Both the position numbers and the translations under genes were made by a program. A stretch of DNA of 53,873 nucleotides from assembly GCA_964644375.1 (NCBI GenBank), contig CAZXWJ010000002.1, forward strand, positions 1 to 53,873. The letters are read 5' to 3'. Numbering within the stretch: the stretch's first letter is position 1; each line of letters opens with the position of its first letter. This document shows positions 9,678 to 18,031 of the stretch, piece by piece. This DNA comes from an uncultured Desulfobacteraceae bacterium. Lineage in GTDB: Bacteria; Desulfobacterota; DSM-4660; Desulfatiglandales; HGW-15. The notes beneath the pieces were generated by a model, which was given only the letters and a program-made list of their open reading frames with translations, did not search any database and was not told the DNA's origin.

Positions 9678-10067
9678 CTACTGCCCGGAGGAGTCCAAGG
9701 GGTCATTCGGATCTACAGAAAGCGCCTGCGCCCCTGGCGGACCGATAAACCACCAACTTGGGGGTTCCTCGCAAGCGCTTATCCTGCGAGTCATAAAACC
9801 ATGAAAGGGCCCCGCATAAAGCGGACAGTTCCCGTTTCTAAAAATCAGTGCAATATTACCGACGAACACCTCCCAATCCCCGTAGCTTCCGTCGGTTGTA
9901 GTAAACGTCATGGTCTCCGTATCCAAGGTCAACCCGGCGGCGGAAAAGACCCCATTCCGGTCCCAATCGTAATACAGGGTCAGTGGGATCTGATCGGCCC
10001 CGGCAACCGCACTGAAAGCCAAGGGAACCAAGACGGCCAGCAATAAAATCAATGTCTTTCTTTTCAT
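9678..10067 (-). CDS. Small exported protein (129 aa), a stand-alone paralog of the peptidase C-terminal domain
   Basis: AAGGAGG lies upstream of ATG 10067. The signal peptide is 'LILLLAVLVPLAFSAVAGA'. The mature part aligns by eye with the last 111 aa of the adjacent peptidase (LTLYYDW..G.F..L.L..FTT..G..EVF..L.F..G.CP.Y.GP..GFM..C..P.W..IG.P...GQ). Confidence 0.8.
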   Translation of the reverse strand: MKRKTLILLLAVLVPLAFSAVAGADQIPLTLYYDWDRNGVFSAAGLTLDTETMTFTTTDGSYGDWEVFVGNIALIFRNGNCPLYAGPFHGFMTRRISACEEPPSWWFIGPPGAQALSVDPNDPLDSSGQ

Positions 10068-10085
10068 TTTTGACCTCCTTTCAGG

Positions 10086-11423
10086 TTATTGACCCTGTGA
10101 GGACGGAAAGGGCGAACCATCATCCGACCTGCCGGTCGGCTCCATAGCCTCCGCATCGGTAGGGCCGCCTATATAGAACCAGCCCGGCTCATTGCTGCAC
10201 TCACCGTCCTTGCAATCCATGAAACCATACCAGGGGCCGGTATACATGGGGCAACAACCGGTCTGAAAATCTAGCGTCATGGTGTTGAGGAACACCTCGA
10301 GGAACCCATTAGCGCCGGTGCCGGTGGTAAAAGGAACGGGATAGGTCCCCGGATTCAGCTGCAGGCTTGTTGAGTCGAATGTACCGTCTTTACCCCAGTC
10401 ATAATAAAGTGTCAGATCGATCGTCGGCGAGGGTCCGGCTGTTCCGACAGCCCTGTAGCAATACGCATATTTTTCAAAATCCCCATATTGTACAGCACCA
10501 TAACCGTCAGTCCCCCAGGTAGGTCCCCAGCTATTCTTCACTATCCAGTACCCTTGTGGATGGAACGGATCATGTCCCGGATCGCAGTATCCCACCAGAA
10601 CGACGCAGTGGTTTGCCAGCCCGGGCTCAAAGAGTTCGGCCCATTCCGGAGATTTAATCGTTGGGGAATAGACCCCACTCTTGTAAAAGTACCAGTCATC
10701 GGGGACTTCAAAGCATACGGCAAGCGGGCCATATTGGAGCGCAGCTTTATAGGCAGCAGTGGTGTGAGGACTCACGGCCGGATAAGAAGTGATTGTCCAC
10801 GCTCGGCTCTCCCAATCCTGACAAGGCGTACAAGGTCTGCCGCCACTCGGACAACTGTTGGTCTTGCAAGTATCAGGGAAACATTCTTCATCGGGAATGC
10901 CACCTTCGTTTCTGGCCTGATCAAACGCGTAATGCGGCCAACCGCCTGAGCACCACGGAGTGGCGTGTGCCTTACCGGGTCCGGGCCAGCAGGAGAGCGT
11001 CATCTGCTCGGAAAGGTCCACATCCACATCGGGATCATTCTTGTCAATGTTGATTTGGGCCTCAATAACGCCAGTCGCGCAATAGTCCCAGCACGTCCCG
11101 CAGGGATTTTGATTTTTTACCGGTGTCATCCAGTTCTTGCCATTGACATTTCGCCAGTCAAAGGTTCCGATAGGGATGACCGTTTCAGGGGGAGGGGTCC
11201 ATATTTCTTCAGGCTCCGGGGGCGGTTCCTGAGGAACTCCACACAAATGCGCTTTCTCATACAAGGTCAGTTTTGAGACCTCTGTTTCGCCGGCCACCCA
11301 GTCAGCCCCTTTGGCTTTGATAGCGTTTTGGACCTCTGACAGGGTCAGGCCGTCAACCCCGAATGCGGTTGCGGAGAGCATTAAAATGCAAGCCATAAAG
11401 ACTAAGATTATGCGGATTTTCAT
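10086..11423 (-). CDS. Secreted papain-family (C1) cysteine peptidase with an uncharacterised C-terminal domain
   Basis: AGGAGG lies 8 nt upstream of ATG 11423, and there is a signal peptide. The catalytic Cys motif is 'NQNPCGTCWDYCATG', the His is in 'ANHCVVLVGY', and the Asn is in 'WIVKNSWGPTWG'. The C-terminal 111 aa (nt 10089-10421) form a separate Cys-containing domain. Confidence 0.85.
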   Translation of the reverse strand: MKIRIILVFMACILMLSATAFGVDGLTLSEVQNAIKAKGADWVAGETEVSKLTLYEKAHLCGVPQEPPPEPEEIWTPPPETVIPIGTFDWRNVNGKNWMTPVKNQNPCGTCWDYCATGVIEAQINIDKNDPDVDVDLSEQMTLSCWPGPGKAHATPWCSGGWPHYAFDQARNEGGIPDEECFPDTCKTNSCPSGGRPCTPCQDWESRAWTITSYPAVSPHTTAAYKAALQYGPLAVCFEVPDDWYFYKSGVYSPTIKSPEWAELFEPGLANHCVVLVGYCDPGHDPFHPQGYWIVKNSWGPTWGTDGYGAVQYGDFEKYAYCYRAVGTAGPSPTIDLTLYYDWGKDGTFDSTSLQLNPGTYPVPFTTGTGANGFLEVFLNTMTLDFQTGCCPMYTGPWYGFMDCKDGECSNEPGWFYIGGPTDAEAMEPTGRSDDGSPFPSSQGQ

Positions 11424-11635
11424 ACTCAATACCTCCTTTCTGAGCCCAGAGGTGATAGGTTTCTAAATCCCAAGGAAACGTTTTCATGCCTCCATTCGCA
11501 AGAGGGAGCAGAAAACTCAATAGTCCGGATAGACAAAAAAAATCGGATAAAATTAGGATATCTCTCAATCGCATCCGGCCTCCGCGGTGCCAAAAACCGG
11601 TATTTCGTGTCAGAAAGCGGAAATTTTCAAAACCA

Positions 11636-12562
11636 TTATTCACCGATTTTTAACGGAAGCCTCTCTCGCATAATTTCAAAAAACCTCTCGTCTGTCATCT
11701 TTGGTTTAAACGAAAACTCTTTGATATCAGAAAGCCTCTCCGGATAAGCTCTCACCGTGTATTTCTTCTCCAGTTCGGTTCTCTTAATCTCAATGATCCG
11801 TGCTTTTTCTTTGTTTGCCAACTCCCTCCTTATCCTATTCTTAACCTCAAAAAACATCTTTTGCCTTGACGCTTTTCTATCCAATAACTGAATAATATGA
11901 TACTTTGAATCGATTTCAAGGATTTCACTGGTCTCCCCGTCTTTGAGAGAAAACGCCACCTTCTCCAGCTCCGGTACCATCCTCCCTTTGCCAATCCAAC
12001 CTCGTTCACCTCCTTCCCTTCCCTTACAATTCCTAGAGTTTTGTTCCACCCACTGGGGCAAATCCTCTCCAGCCTTTATCAGACCCAGGGCTTTCTTGGC
12101 CTCATCTTTCGTTTTAAAAATCACATGTCGAAGCCTGACCTGTTCACCCCCTTGGAAACGGTCTCTGCTCCGTTCATAGTAACGAATCAAATCGTTTTCA
12201 GAGGGAGTTTCCATAGAAGAGCGAGCCAAGGCCATGGATTCCTCTGCCAGAATATTTTCAACGGCGGCGCTTATTTTTTTCTGTACTTCAGGTTGCAGAT
12301 CAAGACCCTTGGAGCGGGCCTCCTTAGAGAACAACTTCACATCCATCAACTCTCTGAGGAGTCTTTTCTTTCCACTCTCGCCTCGATAATAAACCAGAAA
12401 TACCGGATGGGACTCAATGGCCGAAGAAAAATCATTCACAGTAATCCTATCATCTCCCACTATCGCTAAAACGTCATTCCCTTCATTTTCAGCCATGGTA
12501 AAGGGGATGAATGAAAGCCAAGCAAAACATATCAGTGAAAAAATCAGTTTCCCCTTTGTCAT
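11636..12562 (-). CDS. Exported PpiC/parvulin-type peptidyl-prolyl isomerase (SurA/PrsA-like)
   Basis: The start was chosen at ATG 12562 (GGGAG upstream). The signal peptide is 'LIFSLICFAWLSFIPFTMA'. The parvulin core is 'VRLRHVIFKTKDEAKKAL..GGERGWIGKGRMVPELEKVAFSLKDGETSEILEIDSKYHIIQLL'. Confidence 0.8.
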   Translation of the reverse strand: MTKGKLIFSLICFAWLSFIPFTMAENEGNDVLAIVGDDRITVNDFSSAIESHPVFLVYYRGESGKKRLLRELMDVKLFSKEARSKGLDLQPEVQKKISAAVENILAEESMALARSSMETPSENDLIRYYERSRDRFQGGEQVRLRHVIFKTKDEAKKALGLIKAGEDLPQWVEQNSRNCKGREGGERGWIGKGRMVPELEKVAFSLKDGETSEILEIDSKYHIIQLLDRKASRQKMFFEVKNRIRRELANKEKARIIEIKRTELEKKYTVRAYPERLSDIKEFSFKPKMTDERFFEIMRERLPLKIGE

Positions 12563-12680
12563 TTGATTCTCCCTGCACAATGCGTTTTTTTAAAATTCGA
12601 TAAAAACTCGAATACCGAAAACTTCTTCTATCTTTAGCATACTCTACTCTTTCGATAAATATTCTCTTTTAACTGGCTCC

Positions 12681-12764
12681 CATCCGGAAAGGATCTCCGG
12701 GCACAGGTAATCCCGCCGACTTGTCCGCCTCCGGCGGGTTGCGGAAAAGGGCCATTTCCGGATG
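12681..12764. repeat. Nested inverted repeats (structured intergenic element)
   Basis: The outer arms are CATCCGGAAA (12681-12690) and TTTCCGGATG (12755-12764). The inner arms are CCCGCCG (12712-12718) and CGGCGGG (12732-12738). The element lies between two minus-strand genes. Confidence 0.35.
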
Positions 12765-12788
12765 AAAACCAACTGATTTCGTTCCCTG

Positions 12789-13526
12789 TTACCTCAAGGG
12801 GTTCTCATCAATTTGGGCCTCAAGGGACTCAGCGTTTGCATCAATATGATTTTTGATACGCCTTGCGGCATCCTGATTCTCCAGATGAGGCTGAAGTTGA
12901 AGACTGTTCAGCAGTTCATTCAGATGAGACACTGAGTTGACGCTTTTCTGAACTCTTTTTTCGAGTTGCTCCAGGCTTTCCCTCTCTGATTCTGAAATCT
13001 GGTTGGCGAATTTTCTCTTTAAAACTCCGGTCATTTCGAGCAAACGTCTATCTTGATAAAAGTTGGTCGGAAGTGATTTGTATCTCGTCCCAAGGCCATC
13101 CTCCCATAGCCCGTCACCTGGACCCGGCCTCTTTAGAACCACGACTCGCCTCAACAGGAGACCGCTTCTCTTCCCGGAATCTGAAGTCTTTTCAGCATAT
13201 GAAAAGGCATAAGCATGATTTTTCAGAAGCATTTTCAATCCCAAATCCAAAGGAATTCTTTCGCATTGCATGGTCATTGTTTCATTGAGGGGATCTTCAA
13301 TGATGAATTCAATGCCGCTTTTACTTGAAATTTCATAAAGCAATGCTTCAAGCTCAACAGCTTTGGCGGAAAAACTTAAAAAACCATCCTCATAAGTCAC
13401 CTTCATGTCTTGCGAAATCGTTGCGCCGCTTCTGTTAAAACCGGACCCGGGCTCGGCTCCGAAACTCGCTCCCATGATGCTCATCAGCACGACTGATACC
13501 AATACAAAGAGGACCAAGGATTTCAT
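12789..13526 (-). CDS. Exported hypothetical protein (245 aa)
   Basis: The signal peptide is 'LVLFVLVSVVLMSIMGASFGA'. The segment 'AVELEALLYEISSKSGIEFIIEDPLNETMTMQCERIPLDLGLKMLL' loosely resembles secretin/TonB short N-terminal (STN-like) domains. The C-terminal half is coiled-coil-like. No firm family call. Confidence 0.6.
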   Translation of the reverse strand: MKSLVLFVLVSVVLMSIMGASFGAEPGSGFNRSGATISQDMKVTYEDGFLSFSAKAVELEALLYEISSKSGIEFIIEDPLNETMTMQCERIPLDLGLKMLLKNHAYAFSYAEKTSDSGKRSGLLLRRVVVLKRPGPGDGLWEDGLGTRYKSLPTNFYQDRRLLEMTGVLKRKFANQISESERESLEQLEKRVQKSVNSVSHLNELLNSLQLQPHLENQDAARRIKNHIDANAESLEAQIDENPLR

Positions 13527-14337
13527 CTTCCAACTCTCTATCGGCCTAGGGTTTCAAAAGTTTTTATCTACGATGGGGTGTTGGTATTTTTGTTGAAAGG
13601 GAACACGTTGTCTCTGTCCGTGGCGATCACTTCTAAGGATTTAAAGGGGGCACACTCCTAAGTTATGCGCCCGTCAAAACGGAAATCCGGCGTGCCAAGC
13701 TACTGGAGATAAAAAAGATTCCGTTCACACTCAGATTCACTGATTCCTTTGATACCCGTCCTTACTTAAAATGAAAATGCGTAGAACAGAGATTTCTTTT
13801 TAAAAACACGTCTTCTCATGGTGAAATTCAGGGTGATTGTAGAAAATTGACAGTGTGACAACACAGATTTGGCCGGATTTTTTTATCGGGAATTCTTGTG
13901 AGGGCCTTGCGAGAATGAAGAGGCTCCGATTCACTGCACAAAATGGAGCTAAAGATCAATCTGACCGGTAACGTGAGGATCCCGCCCGCATATTTTTCGT
14001 GAGATAAAAGGCATTTACGCTTTAGGCCATATAAATTTATCCATAATTTACAGCAATAAATATTACAATCCAGGGGTATACGATGTCAACATAAATGAGG
14101 TCTCGATGAAATTCAATGGAACAGGATAGAAATACAGGTAACGCTTGTCTTGAAAAATAGTGCTTTTAAATTTCAGTTATTTTTACTTTCATGGATTCAG
14201 TTATCAAAATACACTATTGTAATTTCATGATACTTTATGGTATTTTTTTACATAAAATATTTGCAAACATTTACATAAATCTTCATCTTGCTTCAGGGTA
14301 AAAAGCTAACCTACTGAAATTATAAAAAATAAAAATT

Positions 14338-14352
14338 TGGCTTAAATATTGC
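14338..14352 (+). promoter_or_regulatory. Sigma54-like -24/-12 element facing the polysaccharide locus
   Basis: TGGCTTAAATATTGC has the exact GG-N10-GC spacing of the TGGCAC-N5-TTGC consensus. It lies about 745 nt upstream of the first locus gene, in an AT-rich region where chance matches are plausible. Confidence 0.25.
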
Positions 14353-15095
14353 TTATTAATGACAAGATGAATTTTATTTCAAAACGTTTCGTCTGCAATC
14401 ATTAACTAAATTTTCTCATGCAACATGCTTCTGAATTTGGTGTATGTCGCTCCAGCTAAGACACGAATTCTGTTCTATGAGAAGCATCCAATCTGCACTC
14501 AAATCGATCTGCTTGTTTTCAAGCCAGACATCAACGCAACCCACAATCATCGACGACTTTTATTCGGTTTAGAACTTTTCATTCTGTAAACGTGGTCAGG
14601 TAAAACCCAGCACGGCTATTGCAAATGACCTTTGCCGAAACCTCACGCCCGGCTCTCTTAACCCGAATTTTTTGTGGCACCACCAAGATAGACAGGGCAC
14701 GATATACGAATTCCGTGAATCATCACACACTATACGACATGGACGGCAACGCATTACATTGATGCCTGAATATAGATATGGAATTTCGATCGGTTCCATT
14801 CGGAAAGCCTCATCTGAGCAATTGAGTGCGACAAGGGGGCCGCCTATCATATCGCCTTTACTTAGGAAAACATAAATATTCCCCTGTTTCAGGACCTGAC
14901 ACCATGCTGCGTCATGGGTCTGGTTGAGTCGAACTTTATGCTTTCAAGGTGATGTTTACAAAAAATATCTTTTAATGATTCCTTGCCTATCGGCGGCAGT
15001 GTCTCCAATCGAGAAGTTGATAAATAAAGCATTGAACACAATCTTCTTAACGGACACTGTCCAATCAACCGACAACCTTTCTAAGGCGTTGAGAG

Positions 15096-16358
15096 ATGGC
15101 GATGAAAAGGGAAAGAGTCCTCATTACGGGATGCGGGGGAATGCTCGGCAACGCATTATACCCATATTTCGAGTCCTGGTATGATCATGTCTTGGCCACG
15201 GATAAAACAATCGACGAAGAATGGCTGGGCATGCTGGATATAAGAGAAGATGATAAGCTCTTTGAGCTTTTTCGCGAATACAAGCCGGATATTGTGCTGC
15301 ATCTGGCCGCTGAAACGGACCTGGAATTCTGTGAAACCCATCCAGATAAGGCCAGGGAAACCAATGAAAATGCAACCAAAAACATTGCCAAGCTTTCGGA
15401 AGAATATGGTGCCACGCTCGTCTATATCAGCACCGCCGGTGTTTTCAATGGTAAAAAAAGTGAGTTTTATACCGAAGCAGATCCGCCGAATCCTATCATG
15501 ATTTATGGAAAGACCAAATATGCCGGTGAAACGCATACCCTTGAACATTGTTCCAAATCATTCGTCGTCCGGGCCGGTTGGATGATGGGAGGAGGGAGAA
15601 GAAAAGAGAAAAAGTTTACTTACAAAATACTTCATCAGATCGTGGAAGGACGGAAGGAGATTTTTGCCGTCGTAGATAAATGGGGAACCCCCACATACAC
15701 ATATGATTTTGCAATCAATTTGTTTCTGCTTCTTGAAACCCGAAAATATGGACTTTATCACATGGTTTGTTCCGGAAAGGCTACCCGTTACGATGTCGCC
15801 GGGGAAATAATCCGCCTCTGTAATCGTCACGACATCCAACTCACCCCTGTCCATTCCGATTTCTTTTCCAAGGAATATTTCGCACCCCGGCCCGATTCCG
15901 AAATGATGATAAACCGCAACCTGAACACGCTGGGGATCAATCACATGCGGTCGTGGAAGGCTGCGCTATATGATTACATCAAGAATCAATTCCCCGATTA
16001 CATTGACGGAAAGAATGCATCGGATTCTCAAACTCCTCATATTCCCAGCCCCTATAACTTACACGACAACTCACCGGACTCGGAGCGACGGCGAGCGACT
16101 CGTCATACCTATCCTTCCACGGTTGAGTATGCGGTTTTAAACGGACAACCGGATCATTACGCAAAAAACCTTACCAAAGGCATCGTTATCGACATCAGTG
16201 ACTCGGGATTTTGTATGTATGTGTTTGATCAGCTTAAAATGGGCAAACATATCACCCTAAATAAGGGCGCGCTACCCACAAAACACAAACGCGCAACCGT
16301 TCAATGGGTCCGCCACGAGAGAAGTGGCGTATTCAGAGCCGGATGTACTTTTTCATAA
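15096..16358 (+). CDS. RmlD-like NAD(P)-dependent sugar-nucleotide reductase/epimerase fused to a C-terminal PilZ domain
   Basis: The N-terminal SDR part has 'VLITGCGGMLGNAL', 'YGKTKYAGE' (YxxxK) and an RmlD-type layout. The C-terminal ~95 aa carry both PilZ c-di-GMP signatures, 'RRRATR' (aa 331-336, RxxxR) and 'DISDSG' (aa 366-371, D/NxSxxG), followed by 'ATVQWVRHERSGVFRAGCTF'. Confidence 0.8.
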   Translation: MAMKRERVLITGCGGMLGNALYPYFESWYDHVLATDKTIDEEWLGMLDIREDDKLFELFREYKPDIVLHLAAETDLEFCETHPDKARETNENATKNIAKLSEEYGATLVYISTAGVFNGKKSEFYTEADPPNPIMIYGKTKYAGETHTLEHCSKSFVVRAGWMMGGGRRKEKKFTYKILHQIVEGRKEIFAVVDKWGTPTYTYDFAINLFLLLETRKYGLYHMVCSGKATRYDVAGEIIRLCNRHDIQLTPVHSDFFSKEYFAPRPDSEMMINRNLNTLGINHMRSWKAALYDYIKNQFPDYIDGKNASDSQTPHIPSPYNLHDNSPDSERRRATRHTYPSTVEYAVLNGQPDHYAKNLTKGIVIDISDSGFCMYVFDQLKMGKHITLNKGALPTKHKRATVQWVRHERSGVFRAGCTFS

Positions 16359-16439
16359 AAAATTTTCCTCTTATTATTAATAATACTTTCCGAAGAGAAA
16401 GATACGTCATGATGAGTTATAATCACGAGGAAACGATGG

Positions 16440-17981
16440 ATGAGAGTTTTATTCATTTACACTGATTTAAGTTCAGAAGTTGGATACTCGTCCGGCATCG
16501 GCATTCTGTCCGCCATTTTAAAAAAAAACGGCCACCAGACAAAGCTTATACATGTATCAGACGAAATCGGCTATCCATTGGACAATCTTCGAATCAACCG
16601 GGATATTCATAATTTTCAACCCGGCCTCATCTGTTTCTCCATTACCACCAACCATTGGTTTTCCTCCAGGCGAATCGGTATAAGTGTCCGACAAAACAGC
16701 AATACTCCCATCATCGTCGGGGGGCACCATCCCACGTCGGATCCAGAGCAGGTCATTCGGGAACCGTGGATTGACTTGCTTTGCCGCGGGGAAGGAGACA
16801 GGGCTTTGCCCGAAGTTGTCAGGCGCCTTGAGGCGGGAACACCTATGGACGGAATCCCCAACATCTTTCACAAACGAAATGGCCAAGTGTTTCGCGAACG
16901 TATCCTGGACTGGGTGGAGGACCTGGACACCCTGCCCGTTGAAGACCATGAGATCTTCAATTTTGGGAAAATCGTCGAAACGCGGAATGGATGGGCAGAG
17001 GTTATTGTGACCAGAGGCTGCCCATATCCCTGTAGCTATTGTTTCAACAAACCCCTGTTAAATGACTATAAAAGGACATTCGAGCAAATCGAAGGCCTGC
17101 ATTTCGACACAAAAAAATTTACGAACCGCAGGAGAAGCGTCGATGCGGTGATTTCAATGTTAAAGGGGATGAAAGAGGGCTATCCGAATATTGAACATTT
17201 CACTTTTGTTGACGATATCATGGCCCAAGACAGTCCTTGGTTCAGAAAATTTGCCGAACGTTATGCCGATGAAATCGGCCTTCCATACGCTTGTACTTCC
17301 CAGCCTCTGCTTTTCAACGAAAACCTGGCAAGGCTGCTCAAAGCATCAGGCTGCAAAGTGGTAAAGATGGGTATTGAGGCGGGAAATGAAAATATCAGAA
17401 GGACTGTGTTAAACCGACGAATAAGCAACGAGTACCTGGAAAAAGTCTTTCATATCGCAAGAGAATTCGACCTCAAACCACAGGCCTTCAACATGATCGG
17501 CATTCCCGGCGAAACTTTCAAAAACATGATGGAAACGGTGCGCCTTAACGCCCTGCTCAGGCCTTATATCGTATGGCTTTCGACCTTTAATCCATACCCC
17601 GGTACGGAACTTTACAAAAAGTGTCTTGAAAAAAACATGATAAATCAATCGAAAATCGATTCTGTTGAATCCTATCGAGAGGATTCGGTATTGAAGGATG
17701 AATTTCTTCCTCCCCTTGAGTTTAAAAAAATACGCGTGATGTTCCGTTGGCATCTGAATGCCTTTCTCGCCAATGGCGCGGAGAAAGTCTATAGGGAAAA
17801 CATAAGAGAGATTGATGGATTATCAGACGACCACTGGCGCAATGGAGAGGCGGAAAAAATATTTCTTGAGCGCGACAGAGAATTGGATCGTCATTTCAGG
17901 CACCGTTTGATCGATCATTATATCAGAAAGAAATATATCAATATCCTTTGGGGAGAACTTTACAATTATGACTTGACCTAA
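16440..17981 (+). CDS. B12-binding-domain radical SAM protein (class B), copy 1
   Basis: The N-terminal Rossmann-like cobalamin domain shows 'ICFSITTNHW..PIIVGGHHPT'. The radical SAM cluster motif is 'RGCPYPCSYC' (CxxxCxxC), followed by 'VKMGIEAGNENIRRTVLNR'. Confidence 0.85.
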   Translation: MRVLFIYTDLSSEVGYSSGIGILSAILKKNGHQTKLIHVSDEIGYPLDNLRINRDIHNFQPGLICFSITTNHWFSSRRIGISVRQNSNTPIIVGGHHPTSDPEQVIREPWIDLLCRGEGDRALPEVVRRLEAGTPMDGIPNIFHKRNGQVFRERILDWVEDLDTLPVEDHEIFNFGKIVETRNGWAEVIVTRGCPYPCSYCFNKPLLNDYKRTFEQIEGLHFDTKKFTNRRRSVDAVISMLKGMKEGYPNIEHFTFVDDIMAQDSPWFRKFAERYADEIGLPYACTSQPLLFNENLARLLKASGCKVVKMGIEAGNENIRRTVLNRRISNEYLEKVFHIAREFDLKPQAFNMIGIPGETFKNMMETVRLNALLRPYIVWLSTFNPYPGTELYKKCLEKNMINQSKIDSVESYREDSVLKDEFLPPLEFKKIRVMFRWHLNAFLANGAEKVYRENIREIDGLSDDHWRNGEAEKIFLERDRELDRHFRHRLIDHYIRKKYINILWGELYNYDLT

Positions 17982-18031
17982 ATCCGATTTTTTAATGTGC
18001 ACGTGAATGATACGAGGGGCCAATTTGAAGC

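Noticed and set aside
14161-14280. Short direct repeats raised the possibility of a degenerate CRISPR or tandem repeat array
   Set aside because: The repeats are only 7-10 nt long, are of different kinds, and lack regular spacing or spacer structure. They are better explained as protein-binding sites in AT-rich DNA.
14675-14689. A perfect TGGCAC hexamer suggested a sigma54 -24 box
   Set aside because: The -12 position reads AGAT rather than TTGC, so it is not a -24/-12 promoter.
14992-15003. GGCGGCAGTGTC resembles the ops/JUMPstart element GGCGGTAGCGTG in the EPS leader
   Set aside because: It mismatches the consensus at several positions, including the T of GGCGGTAG. RfaH/ops is lineage-restricted. 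A single hit like this cannot support the call.
14596-15184. ORFs of 67-86 aa within the EPS leader
   Set aside because: They have no ribosome-binding site and no motif, they overlap one another, and one runs into the first locus gene in another frame.
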